From Verrucomicrobiota bacterium (GTDB lineage: Bacteria > Verrucomicrobiota > Verrucomicrobiia > Limisphaerales > AAA164-E04): a stretch of DNA of 64,000 nucleotides. The notes beneath the pieces were generated by a model. The model was given only the letters and a program-made list of their open reading frames with translations. It did no database searches and was not told the origin of the DNA. Positions 21,830 to 31,832 of this stretch are shown in pieces (position 1 is the first letter of the stretch; every line of letters starts with the position of its first letter). Position numbers and translations under genes: made by a program. The stretch spans positions 160,001-224,000 of the forward strand of contig CP170459.1 in NCBI GenBank assembly GCA_047947115.1, read 5' to 3'.

Positions 21830-22273
21830 TTATTTCTTTGCCTCAATCGTTTGTTCCAACAAAGGTATATGAGCAAGATCCTTGGGACGTCCTATCACCT
21901 TTTTGCTTTTTAGAATGCGTTCCAACGGCAAAACAGCTACTTCACTTCCCATCCATTGAAGTCGGTTTGATCGTCTCCATTCCGTTTGGAAGGAAGCCAA
22001 CCCGTCGATTCGATACAGAAAATTGACAAGCGATCCATCCTCGAGAGCCACGACTGTCTGAGCAAGAATTTCTGCACCGATCTTTGTACAAAGATTCAAC
22101 ACTTTCACGTACTGCCGCTCGGGAAGATCAATCCAGATATCGGTATCCAAAGTCGTCGCGGGGGTTCCCTGCAGGATGGCCGCACTCATTCCGGCGATTT
22201 GAAACCGAATTTTTTCCGCTCTGAGTGCGAGAATAAGCCGTGCGATCGGAGGAAGGTCTGGTGTATTTCCCAG
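21830..22273 (-). CDS. minimal nucleotidyltransferase-like protein
   Basis: ARLILALRAEKIRFQIAGMSAAILQG...TLDTDIW (G...DxD), SKKVIGRPKD; family-like sequence extends upstream of ATG 22189 to a CTG at 22273. Confidence 0.75.
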   Translation of the reverse strand: MGNTPDLPPIARLILALRAEKIRFQIAGMSAAILQGTPATTLDTDIWIDLPERQYVKVLNLCTKIGAEILAQTVVALEDGSLVNFLYRIDGLASFQTEWRRSNRLQWMGSEVAVLPLERILKSKKVIGRPKDLAHIPLLEQTIEAKK

Positions 22274-22437
22274 CGCTCGTCCGGAGTGGCCAGCAGGCTT
22301 CTGGCCATCAGGATTCTTTCGTGCTCGTCCATCCCCGGAATGCGTTCCAGTTTTTTTGCGAGCGCCAGTATTTTTTTTTCTGCACGCGAAAGGAGAGTGC
22401 CCCCAAACAGCTCGAAAGTCGAGCCAGATTTCACCAA
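22186..22437 (-). CDS. small hypothetical partner of the nucleotidyltransferase
   Basis: 83-aa ORF (SLLATPDERWE) overlapping the downstream gene; two-gene TA-like layout. Confidence 0.55.
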   Translation of the reverse strand: MVKSGSTFELFGGTLLSRAEKKILALAKKLERIPGMDEHERILMARSLLATPDERWEIHQTFLRSHGLFSHSERKKFGFKSPE

Positions 22438-22573
22438 AAAGCGGACGTTCCTATTTTGTCATGGAACGGGTGCGCGGCATTCGCATTACCAATTACTGCG
22501 ACATCCCGCACTCAGGACAATTACAAATCTGTCCATTTTAACCGCTTCAAAAAGTGAGAAAAGATCATGTGAC

Positions 22574-22992
22574 CTATGGATTCATGGAGCGTAAGGGAGA
22601 CCTCTGAAAATCCATGTCTGCTGTATGAACGATCGCTCCGTAACGGAAGGCCGCAGCGGCAATCTGCGCGTCGGTGGTGAGGTTTGCACCGACACCCGGT
22701 TCTTCCAGCCAGATCAAAGCCTGATGTATATCGGAGGGATCGACATGAAGCACTTCAGTCACGCTTCGATCCAGCCACGCCCGAACCTGCCCAACTGCCT
22801 CCGTGATGGCCATAGGGGATTGAAAGGCACGCGAACTTGTCCCAATTGGAATGAAGGCAAAAATAACCACGAAGCACAGTCCTATTGGTTGGCGTCCAGA
22901 TAAACAATTTCTCCACCAAGCTTTGGCCTTCTTTTGATGTCGGCACGATGATCATATGCGTAAAGGAGCAGGTTCCTGTCTGGGACAATCAT
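22574..22992 (-). pseudogene. vapC: VapC PIN toxin, frameshifted
   Basis: MIVPDRNLLLYAYD, frameshift near 22940, HQKKAKAWW...NLTTDAQIAAAA...HTADMDF. Confidence 0.8.
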
Positions 22993-22998
22993 GGCACG

Positions 22999-23265
22999 TT
23001 ACCAAGGCAAAGCTTCCGATTTCCGGATGAACTCGGCAATTTCTAGCTCATCATCGATTTCTTGTAATCTCGCTGGATCGGTCCCCTCCCTTAACGTAAG
23101 CACTCGAGCTTTGATCTCAAACAGAAGTTCCCTCGATGGTAATTTAGCCCTCAACCCAACACGCAAAGCATCATTCAGCGCTTGCTTGAATGATTTTCGA
23201 GCACGCTGCATTGCTGCACGTAAAAGGCGCTCGACATCAGAATCCAATGTTACGGTCGTCCTCAT
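22999..23265 (-). CDS. VapB-like ribbon-helix-helix antitoxin
   Basis: MRTTVTLDSDVERLLR...SFKQALNDALRVGL, directly upstream of the PIN gene. Confidence 0.85.
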   Translation of the reverse strand: MRTTVTLDSDVERLLRAAMQRARKSFKQALNDALRVGLRAKLPSRELLFEIKARVLTLREGTDPARLQEIDDELEIAEFIRKSEALPW

Positions 23266-23467
23266 GAATCCATCAAAGTATCAACTTTACTTGCCGGCAA
23301 ACATCTACATAAGCACCAAGCCTTACGTTCACATAAAACAAGCCCACCGAATCAGCCAATCGCGGTAAGATTCCAGGCAACTTTCAAACCCAATCCTGAG
23401 CTAAGGTGAAATGGCCATCTTGACATCAACTAAACTAAACATCACGGTGTCTCCATGAGAACGACGC

Positions 23468-24628
23468 TCACTCCCCGTTTAATCTCCCCAACCCAAACTG
23501 ATCCCCCGCCTTCACGGCTTTGCCGTCTTTCAAGAAGATTTCGACCATTTTTTCGCTGGAGGTAGTGTTGTAGTGTTCGTCTTTGAGTAGATATAACACT
23601 TCACGGGTTTTGGCGTGGATGACTTCGCCGCTGGAGGGGTAGGCGTATTGCCCGTCCATACTAAAGGTCACCCAACCGGGCATATCGTCGAGCGCGATGG
23701 TGGTGAGTTGCTGGTAAGGGGGGGCCGCATGAAAGACATGCATCCGCATGTTGTGACCGTCACAGACCCAGACTTCCTTTTCATCGGGCGTCAAACCTAT
23801 GCCATGGCTCGGATTTCCGTGACGACGGACCGGGCCCTTGTCCCAACCAAGCACTTTGATACTGGCAAGTTTCTCTCCGTTTTGCAGATCGCCCACCTCA
23901 AATCCCAGCAATTCGTTCACAGTCACAAATACACGGGTTTCGTCGCTGTTGATGGTGAAGGGACGGATCCCTGCACTGAACGGCCCGACTTTCAACGCGA
24001 CTGAATGGGTTGAGGTATCAGCAACGTGCAATTCCGGGGAGCCGATGTCCGCCATGTAGGCACGTTTACCTGAAGGACCGTAGATGGTGTTGTGCGCGCG
24101 GGAATGTACTTTGATTTTTTTAATGATGTCACCATCTTCACATTTCACCACGTTCCAGAAATCCTTTTCCAAGGAGGGCAGATACATGACCTGGCCATCG
24201 GGGGAAATGGACATACGATCACAGCCTCCTTCATAAGGACGCTCCCAGAGCAATTCTTCAGTGGCCAGATCAATGCGTTGCAAAGCATAAATAGTACTGA
24301 TGAACACGCTGTTCAATTGTGGACTCACGGCAATGCCTTTGACGTTTGCAGGACGTCCATCACGATGGAATCCCCTGGTGGGAATGCGTTTCACGAATTT
24401 GTGATGATTATCGATGTCGAACACCAGCAATCCATGCCCGCCATAACCCAGATAATCACGGATACCTGGTGTCGCGACATAAAGGAAATGTCCAGTCAAA
24501 CCGGAGGTATCTGAGCCTGAACTGGACGCATGATCAGCAGCGTTACCATTCAGTATTGAGAAAGCACCTACCAACGTTGCACATAAAAGTGCACGCTTCC
24601 GCCAAGAAACATGAGCAAGGGATTTCAT
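23468..24628 (-). CDS. secreted YVTN/YncE-like beta-propeller protein
   Basis: Signal peptide; repeated blades (ISPDG, GLTPDEKEVWV, FSMDGQYAY). Confidence 0.75.
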   Translation of the reverse strand: MKSLAHVSWRKRALLCATLVGAFSILNGNAADHASSSGSDTSGLTGHFLYVATPGIRDYLGYGGHGLLVFDIDNHHKFVKRIPTRGFHRDGRPANVKGIAVSPQLNSVFISTIYALQRIDLATEELLWERPYEGGCDRMSISPDGQVMYLPSLEKDFWNVVKCEDGDIIKKIKVHSRAHNTIYGPSGKRAYMADIGSPELHVADTSTHSVALKVGPFSAGIRPFTINSDETRVFVTVNELLGFEVGDLQNGEKLASIKVLGWDKGPVRRHGNPSHGIGLTPDEKEVWVCDGHNMRMHVFHAAPPYQQLTTIALDDMPGWVTFSMDGQYAYPSSGEVIHAKTREVLYLLKDEHYNTTSSEKMVEIFLKDGKAVKAGDQFGLGRLNGE

Positions 24629-24690
24629 ATGATTTTTAGTATTTTGCAAACCACGTGGAAAACAAGCTTAAACCTTGAAGCACACGTTCG

Positions 24691-24818
24691 CATCGCTGTC
24701 GCTCGCGGGTGAACCAAGACGGTCTGATCCACCTTGCGATTCCCTTGCAGGACGTGACATTCCTGTCGCGTCACCTTATCTTTTCCATCAGTTCAGTCAG
24801 CGCCCGTTTCGGGAAGTC
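24691..24818. repeat. dispersed REP-doublet family, copy A
   Basis: CTGTCGCTCGCGGG..., GGACGTGACATTCCTGTCGCGTC and CGTTTCGGGAAG match the copies at 42231 and 49200. Confidence 0.7.
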
Positions 24819-24906
24819 TACGGTATTCAAACATCTATACTGATTGCCAAAAGTATTGGCTCATAAGGGCTCGCTGATGCTTCATATTCTAACGCCCGCT
24901 GCGCTA

Positions 24907-26055
24907 GTGTAGTCCGCCTTACAGATAGCATATTAAAAGAAATGTGTTAAAGTCGTTACATGCGAGTTGCTCCGCCCATTGAATTGACAGCTAAAGAACG
25001 TAAAAAATTGGAAACCATTCGCCGTGGGCGAAGCAGTTCAGTGCGGGCACGTGAACGAGCCGCGATCATTCTGTTGGCCGCCGATGGATTGGAGAACAAA
25101 GAAATCGCCGATCAGCTCGGGCAGGATAAAATGAAAGTGGGACGTTGGAGAAAGCGATACTCCCAAGGCGGTCTTGAAGCTATTCTCAAAGACAAATCAC
25201 GGCCTGGTCGAATCAAGCCTCTTTCAAAAGCAAAAGTAGCACTCATTATTAAGCTAACACTCAACGAAAAGCCTGAAAGCGCTACCCAATGGAGCCGAAG
25301 CTTGATGGCTCAAAAGGTAGGAGTAAGTCCCTCCAGTGTAGGTCGAATCTGGGCAGCCAACGGACTCAAACCGCATCGGATCAAATCATTCAAACTTTCA
25401 AACGACAAACAATTTCAAGAAAAGCTCGAAGACATTGTCGGCCTCTATCTAAGTCCTCCTGAGCATGCGTTGGTTTTTTCGTGCGACGAGAAGAGTCAAA
25501 TCCAAGCGCTTGACAGGACTCAACCTGGTTTACCAATGAAGAAGGGACGACTGCGGACAATGACGCATGATTACAAACGCAACGGAACGACATCACTTTT
25601 CGCGGCTATGAACACAGCCGACGGGAATATTATCGGAACCTGCATGAACAAGCATCGGCATCAGGAATGGATTCGGTTTCTTAATTTGATTGAAAAATCA
25701 ACACCCAAAGGAAAAGAGATCCACTTGATCTGTGACAATTACGCAACCCATAAGCACGCCAAAGTCAAAGCGTGGCAGAAGCGACATCGTCGATTCCATT
25801 TCCACTTTACGCCCACCAGTGCTTCATGGTTGAACATGGTGGAACGTTTTTTCCGAGACCTGACGGTCAACACAATCAGAGGTGGGGTGTTCCATAGTGT
25901 TGGAGATTTAACCCGAGCTATCGAAGAGCATATTACCCATCACAACCAGAATCCAAAACCATTTGTCTGGACGGCTAACGCGACGGACATTCTTGAGAAA
26001 GTTAAGCGTGGCCGAGAGAAACTTGTTAATATGCAGTCTGCTTGACGGACTACAC
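24907..26055 (+). mobile_element. IS630-family insertion sequence, complete
   Basis: Imperfect ~30-bp IRs GTGTAGTCCG...GCATATTAA at both ends; duplicated TA at 24905-24906 and 26056-26057 within CTAG. Confidence 0.95.
24960..26045 (+). CDS. IS630 transposase
   Basis: HTH; DEKSQIQALDR, THDYKRNGT, DNYATH, FTPTSASWLNMVERFF (DDE). Confidence 0.96.
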   Translation: MRVAPPIELTAKERKKLETIRRGRSSSVRARERAAIILLAADGLENKEIADQLGQDKMKVGRWRKRYSQGGLEAILKDKSRPGRIKPLSKAKVALIIKLTLNEKPESATQWSRSLMAQKVGVSPSSVGRIWAANGLKPHRIKSFKLSNDKQFQEKLEDIVGLYLSPPEHALVFSCDEKSQIQALDRTQPGLPMKKGRLRTMTHDYKRNGTTSLFAAMNTADGNIIGTCMNKHRHQEWIRFLNLIEKSTPKGKEIHLICDNYATHKHAKVKAWQKRHRRFHFHFTPTSASWLNMVERFFRDLTVNTIRGGVFHSVGDLTRAIEEHITHHNQNPKPFVWTANATDILEKVKRGREKLVNMQSA

Positions 26056-26348
26056 TAGAGACGCAGTGACACAGAGTTTTTTCTGAAACTACTTTTGGCA
26101 AACGTTAAAACATTCGAATCGGCTCCGGACTTTGAGCAAAGGATAGTTACAGGCAGTATCTCATCGAACGGATTTCCATATCGTTGAACAAAGAATTCAA
26201 ATTCCTTTTGCCTCAAACCGTTGATGCTTATCCATGTTGTTTGAGATTCAGAAATCAGGTCGATTTGTGCCCTGGATATTATTCATCGGAATTGCCATCG
26301 CTCACCTGCAGCAATCCTAGCAACTCTCCCGACCGCCTCATGCATGAC

Positions 26349-26942
26349 TCATGAATGGCCTTTGCCTGATCGCTGCCTGACTGCTTCATATAAGCACACG
26401 CCAGTCGCCACGGAAACATTCAGGCAATCCACTTTTCCATGCATGGGGATGCGTACCACCTGATCGCAGTTCTCCTGCGTGAGTCGTCGAAGCCCCTTGC
26501 CCTCGGCCCCCATCACCAGGGCTGTGGGCCCGGTGAAATCGACATCATACAATGATGTTGAATCGGCTCCATCAGCGGTTCCGATCAAGTGGATTCCGTG
26601 TTCGCGCATCAGTTCAAGTGTGCGCACGATATTGACCACACGGATAAACGGCACATGTTCCGCAGCGCCACAGGAAATCCGCATCACGGTCTCCGTAATG
26701 GAAACAGCCCGGTTCCTCGGAGCGATCACCGCATGGACACCAGCCCCATCAGCCGTTCTGAGACATGCCCCTAAATTGTGAGGATCCTGTACGCCATCAA
26801 GAACCAACAGAAAGGGGTTCTCAGTAGAATCGAGAATCGTTTCAAGATCGGGTTGTTCGCTTGAAATAAAGCCGCCGCCGCCGCCTCCTCCTTGTGCATG
26901 CTTGTTATTGCGTGCGCCACCGCGTTTGGATCGTTTGCTCAA
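26349..26942 (-). CDS. rlmB: 23S rRNA Gm2251 2'-O-methyltransferase, short form
   Basis: [43 protein letters not shown] start with AGGAG RBS. Confidence 0.85.
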   Translation of the reverse strand: MSKRSKRGGARNNKHAQGGGGGGGFISSEQPDLETILDSTENPFLLVLDGVQDPHNLGACLRTADGAGVHAVIAPRNRAVSITETVMRISCGAAEHVPFIRVVNIVRTLELMREHGIHLIGTADGADSTSLYDVDFTGPTALVMGAEGKGLRRLTQENCDQVVRIPMHGKVDCLNVSVATGVCLYEAVRQRSGKGHS

Positions 26943-27086
26943 AGTTATTCTCCTGTATGTAAATTCGTTTCGACCACCATTTCCGATGACCTCAATGGTT
27001 GAAATGGAGGGACAATTAAACGAAAATCCAGTCTGATTATCAATCGAATCTTTACAACTCAGAAGAGACATGCTCCCCCTTGGCCA

Positions 27087-28673
27087 TTACTTCAGCTCGA
27101 TCCCCATGGGAGCACCAGGACCAAGGTTGACACCCAAACCGATCCACAGAACCATCAAAAGGACACCGGAAATCAACATCCATAGGGAGTAAGGAATCAT
27201 CATCGCGGTCAGGGACCCGATTCCGAAGCCTTCCTGCCAGCGTCTTGCAAAGATCAGGACGAGGGGAAAGTAAACCATGAGGGGTGAGATGATGTTGGTT
27301 GCCCCGTCACCCACGCGGTAGGCGGCTGTTGCGCCTTCAGGACTCACCCCCAACAACATCAGCATGGGCACCAACACCGGCGCGAGCAAGACCCACTTGG
27401 CGCTGGCAGATCCCACAAACAAATTCAGTACGGCGGCAAACAGCACGATCAATCCCAGAACAAGTGGCAGAGGCAGACCACTGGATTTAATAGTGCCTGC
27501 TCCATGGACGGCTGAAATCAAGCCGAGATTCGACCAATTGAACATCGCCACGAAATGCGCTGCGGCAAACGAAAGGACAAGGTAGTATCCCATGTCCTTC
27601 ATTGCCTCGGTCGTCATGGCAACCAGATCATCGCCGGATTTAATGGTCCCCGCTGCACCGCCATAAGCCCACCCCGCACCCAAAAATAGAACCATAAATG
27701 CACCGATCAGTGATTTGAAAAACGGAGTCGCGGTAACATACCAGGCTTGGCCCTCCGTACCCGGACCATCATTCAACAAAGGGGTACCAGGACCAAAGGT
27801 CATGCCCACCCAAAGCAAACAGACACCCAGAACGACAAATCCTGCTCGGCGCAATCCTTTCTGTTCACCTTCGGTCAGGGGTTTGTCTTCATCACCGAAA
27901 GAATCCTTGTGCACCCCACTCGGAATCCACTTGCCAAGCGGTGGTTCGATGATCTTGTCCGTAACATACCAGATCACCGGCAGATAGATCACAAGCAGGG
28001 CGGCGATGAAGTACCAATTACCGGCGATATTCATGGTCCATCCAGATTCCAACTGCGCGCCTTCGACGGCAGCTTCGGTGATTCCGAACAACAGGGCATC
28101 GAGCTGCCCCGGCGTAAAGTTCGCAGAAAATCCTCCTGACACACCGGCAAACCCTGCTGCGATTCCGGCAAGAGGATGACGACCGGCAGCAGCAAAAATG
28201 ATGGCCGCCAACGGAATCACCACCACGTAGCCCGCGTCGGCGGCATGGTTGGACAACATGGCGATGAGGGCGACGGTTGGGGTCAGGAGACCTTTCGGTG
28301 CATGACGCATGGCTGACTTGATGCCGCTTGCGAACAATCCGGACCGTTCCGCGACACCCGCCCCCAACATGACGACCAACACATAACCAAGCGGATGAAA
28401 ATGGGTAAACGTCTTCGGCATTTCCACCCACACTTTTTGGATATTTTCCGATGAGATGAGGCTCTTCGCGGTCAGAATCAACGCGGAACCATCATCGGTC
28501 AACTGTGTCGGATGCGCTGCCGAAACTCCGGCCCACGCACTGATCACGGAGATCACCACCAGAATCCCGATCAACATGATGAAGATGAACACCGGATCCG
28601 GAAGCCGATTACCGGTGCGTTCCACCATCCCCAGAAATCCCTTATTGATCGAAGTTGTTACTTTATTTTTCAT
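27087..28673 (-). CDS. abgT: AbgT-family transporter
   Basis: ERTGNRLPDP, GRHPLAGIAAGFAGVSGGFSAN, GSASAKW, AYRVGD. Confidence 0.92.
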   Translation of the reverse strand: MKNKVTTSINKGFLGMVERTGNRLPDPVFIFIMLIGILVVISVISAWAGVSAAHPTQLTDDGSALILTAKSLISSENIQKVWVEMPKTFTHFHPLGYVLVVMLGAGVAERSGLFASGIKSAMRHAPKGLLTPTVALIAMLSNHAADAGYVVVIPLAAIIFAAAGRHPLAGIAAGFAGVSGGFSANFTPGQLDALLFGITEAAVEGAQLESGWTMNIAGNWYFIAALLVIYLPVIWYVTDKIIEPPLGKWIPSGVHKDSFGDEDKPLTEGEQKGLRRAGFVVLGVCLLWVGMTFGPGTPLLNDGPGTEGQAWYVTATPFFKSLIGAFMVLFLGAGWAYGGAAGTIKSGDDLVAMTTEAMKDMGYYLVLSFAAAHFVAMFNWSNLGLISAVHGAGTIKSSGLPLPLVLGLIVLFAAVLNLFVGSASAKWVLLAPVLVPMLMLLGVSPEGATAAYRVGDGATNIISPLMVYFPLVLIFARRWQEGFGIGSLTAMMIPYSLWMLISGVLLMVLWIGLGVNLGPGAPMGIELK

Positions 28674-28771
28674 GGGTTCAGATGTATCCAAACAACTCAC
28701 TCACCATTCATCCGCATGGCATCGTCCAGTGTGTTGTGTTCCTCATTCCATGGAGCGATACCTTCATTTAT

Positions 28772-29929
28772 TCATCCAGGATGTCCACAAATCTTAACAA
28801 TCAATGATTCAAACCCGTTGGTGCGATCGTATTTGGCTTCATGCTCGACATGTTGACGTGCATTGATGATCTCAATGCGCTCGACTCGGTTCACCAGGAT
28901 TTCCAAAAGAGTCCGCATAATCAGTCGCGCATGGGGGGCTCCCAGGCATAGATGGGTCCCGAATCCGAATGACACATGGGGATTGGGTTTTCGATCGAGT
29001 TGAATTTCCTCGGAATTTTCAAATACAGTTTCATCAAAATTAGCCGATGCCCAACCGAGCGAAACCCTACCGTTCGCTTTGACGGTTGTCCCATGCACCT
29101 GGGTTTCGACCGGGCAAACACGACCAATATGCGTCAAGGGCATGAAAACCCTGAAGAATTCTTCACATGCAAGCACGATGCGCTTGGGATTTTCACGCAA
29201 GTACTCCAGTGCTGATGGATGCTGTCCCAAATAGGCAATGATCGAGGAGATACTGTGAATAATGGTGTCTCGCCCCCCTGCAAACGTTAGGTTCCCAAAC
29301 CCCATCATTTCATCGCGAGTGAGTTTACGACCTTGGTATTCAGCTTGGGTCAATGCACTGAAAAAATCATGTCCCGGATCCGCCAGAGCGTGGTCAAGTT
29401 TAGCATCCAGATAATCATCCAGGACAGTGCCCTTTTTGAATGCGCCGCCTGTCACTTTGAACACATGAATCCCCCAGCTGATATACGTCTCTGCCTCGCT
29501 TTCCGGGACGTTCAAAAGATAAGTCAAGGCGTGGGATTGAATCGGCAGGGCAAACTCATTTACAATTTCCACCTGATCACGATTCAGAAAATCATTGGTC
29601 AAACGCTCAATGAAGGAATGGACCTTTTGAATGACCTCCGGCGATTTGGAGCGTTCAAAGAAGGGTTCGACAATTTTTCGATATTCCGTGTGCTCGGGTG
29701 GATTGGTTTCGATTGGCAACTGGCGCACCGACCGGACGGCTTCCTCGGAAGGAATCGGGACGCGAAACGGGGCGTCGGAGCTGTATGTCTTCCAATCCTT
29801 GGACGCGGCACGCACATCCGCATGACGCAAGATCATCGGCACATCCTCCCCTTGGAACGGGCATTTGAGCACACCGTCTTTTTTTCTGGCATCGGCAAAT
29901 GGATCCATTTGATTGGGTACGTCAGTCAT
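28772..29929 (-). CDS. cytochrome P450, CYP236-like
   Basis: AGGRDT I-helix, EEFFR (ExxR), FGFGTHLCLG heme ligand. Confidence 0.95.
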   Translation of the reverse strand: MTDVPNQMDPFADARKKDGVLKCPFQGEDVPMILRHADVRAASKDWKTYSSDAPFRVPIPSEEAVRSVRQLPIETNPPEHTEYRKIVEPFFERSKSPEVIQKVHSFIERLTNDFLNRDQVEIVNEFALPIQSHALTYLLNVPESEAETYISWGIHVFKVTGGAFKKGTVLDDYLDAKLDHALADPGHDFFSALTQAEYQGRKLTRDEMMGFGNLTFAGGRDTIIHSISSIIAYLGQHPSALEYLRENPKRIVLACEEFFRVFMPLTHIGRVCPVETQVHGTTVKANGRVSLGWASANFDETVFENSEEIQLDRKPNPHVSFGFGTHLCLGAPHARLIMRTLLEILVNRVERIEIINARQHVEHEAKYDRTNGFESLIVKICGHPG

Positions 29930-30148
29930 GCTGCTTGGGAAATAATGTTAGCTCTATAATATGCGTCCAGCGTATCGCTCCCCCCCAAAAAAGGCAACGC
30001 GCTTTATTTGAAGTAGAACCAACATTGGATGAACAACCTCTGCCTTGCCCCCGCTTCCATCCTTGTGACAAATAAACGACTGCCAAGCTGCAATGGAAAC
30101 GTAACAGGCCACAATGCGCCACACAGTCCGCGACGCTACCGCTTGTGA

Positions 30149-30203
30149 TCGGATCAGGGGGGATCAGATCCCCCCTGAGGTAAACCGTGTCGTCCCAGGC
30201 ACC
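30149..30203. repeat. dispersed REP-doublet family, degenerate copy B
   Basis: CGGATCAGGGGGGATCAGATC and CGTGTCGTCCCAGGCAC resemble the ends of copy E. Confidence 0.5.
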
Positions 30204-30272
30204 CACCCCCTGCAGTCCCCATCCACTGCATTTCACCTTTCAAAGGAAAACCCTACCGTATATAACCGGGCC

Positions 30273-31730
30273 ATGTCCAAAACCATTACAACAACCTTGC
30301 TGGTTGCTTTTTGCTTGATCCAGGCTCTGTGTCCCACGGTTCAATCGGAACAACCCAATATCGTCTTTGTCCTCACCGATGATCTGGGCGGCAGGGATCT
30401 GCCGGCCTATGGCAATCGATTCAATGAAGCACCCCATATCGATCGTTTGGCTCAGAATGGCATGCTATTCCACAACGCCTACGCCGCGCCTGTCTGTTCT
30501 GCGACACGCGCAAGCATTCAGTCAGGACAATACCCGGCACGTGTGGGGATTTTTGATTTCATTCCCGGGCATTGGCGTCCATATGAAGAAGTGATCGTGC
30601 CGACACATCGGGTGCAGCATTTGCCGAAACACATCACCACTTTGGGAAATGTCATGCAATCGGCAGGCTACAAGACGGGATTTTTCGGAAAATGGCACCT
30701 GGGAAGCAGCGATGAACTGTTACCCAACGCCCGGGGCTACGATGAGGCGCACATGTACGCAGGGGGAGGATTCTACACTCCGAAGTTCAGACCCGCTTAT
30801 GAAACACAAGAAGGCGAACGACTGAGCGAAACCCTGACACGCATGGGGGTCGATTTTATCAAGAAACATCGCGATGAACCCTTTTTCCTGTTTGTTTCTC
30901 ATTATGATGTGCATGTGCAGCTGGATGCCGACCGCGATCTCATCAACAAGTATCTGAAGAAGAAACCGGATCCGGACTACAGCTGCAATGCGGTCTACGC
31001 CGCCATGATTGAACATGTGGACCGAAGTGTCGGACGGCTCATGCAGGAACTCGACTCACAAGGACTCACCGAGAACACGATCTTTATCTTTGGCTCAGAC
31101 AATGGAGGTGTCGACAACCGCTTCGACAACATTCCATTGCTGGGTGGTGACAGCCGGAATGTTTACCCGGAAGAACATCCGCTGCGTTACATTGCCACAT
31201 CGAATGCGCCTTTGCGCGCGGGTAAAGGCACGCTTTATGAAGGTGGCATCCGGGTTCCATTGATTATAAGATGGCCTGGGAAAGTCGATGAGGGATCCAC
31301 CTCCGATGCACTGGTCTCCAGTGTCGATTTTTATCCCACCTTCCTGAATTTGGTGAACGCAAACAAACCAGATCAACAGATATTGGACGGCACCTCCATG
31401 CTCCCAGCCTTGACCCAACACACATCCGACCCCGAACGCGAAATATTCACGCACTACCCCGTTTACCATCACGAACAACCCATGTCGGCGCTGCGAAAAG
31501 GAGATTGGAAAATCGTTGAGAATCTGGTGGACGGTGAAATGGAACTCTACAACCTTCGCTATGACATCCATGAAATGACCGACCTGAGATTCAGCTACAC
31601 GGAAAAGTTCGACGCCATGAAACAGGCTTTAAGGAATTGGCAGAAGGATACAAAGGCTCAGATGCCAACCCCCAATCCAAACTTCGATCCGGTCAAAAGA
31701 TATGAATGGGGCAAACATCCGGGGCGTTAA
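30273..31730 (+). CDS. S1 sulfatase
   Basis: Signal peptide, PNIVFVLTDDLG, CSATR, GKWHLG, LYEGGIRVPLIIRWPG. Confidence 0.93.
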   Translation: MSKTITTTLLVAFCLIQALCPTVQSEQPNIVFVLTDDLGGRDLPAYGNRFNEAPHIDRLAQNGMLFHNAYAAPVCSATRASIQSGQYPARVGIFDFIPGHWRPYEEVIVPTHRVQHLPKHITTLGNVMQSAGYKTGFFGKWHLGSSDELLPNARGYDEAHMYAGGGFYTPKFRPAYETQEGERLSETLTRMGVDFIKKHRDEPFFLFVSHYDVHVQLDADRDLINKYLKKKPDPDYSCNAVYAAMIEHVDRSVGRLMQELDSQGLTENTIFIFGSDNGGVDNRFDNIPLLGGDSRNVYPEEHPLRYIATSNAPLRAGKGTLYEGGIRVPLIIRWPGKVDEGSTSDALVSSVDFYPTFLNLVNANKPDQQILDGTSMLPALTQHTSDPEREIFTHYPVYHHEQPMSALRKGDWKIVENLVDGEMELYNLRYDIHEMTDLRFSYTEKFDAMKQALRNWQKDTKAQMPTPNPNFDPVKRYEWGKHPGR

Positions 31731-31832
31731 TGACGAATCATGGACCATGATTGAACTGGACGAATCGATCTGAATTCATTCCGTCATTTTTCATCCTTTC
31801 GTGTGATGAAAATGTGAAGTAGCTTTGGCTCC

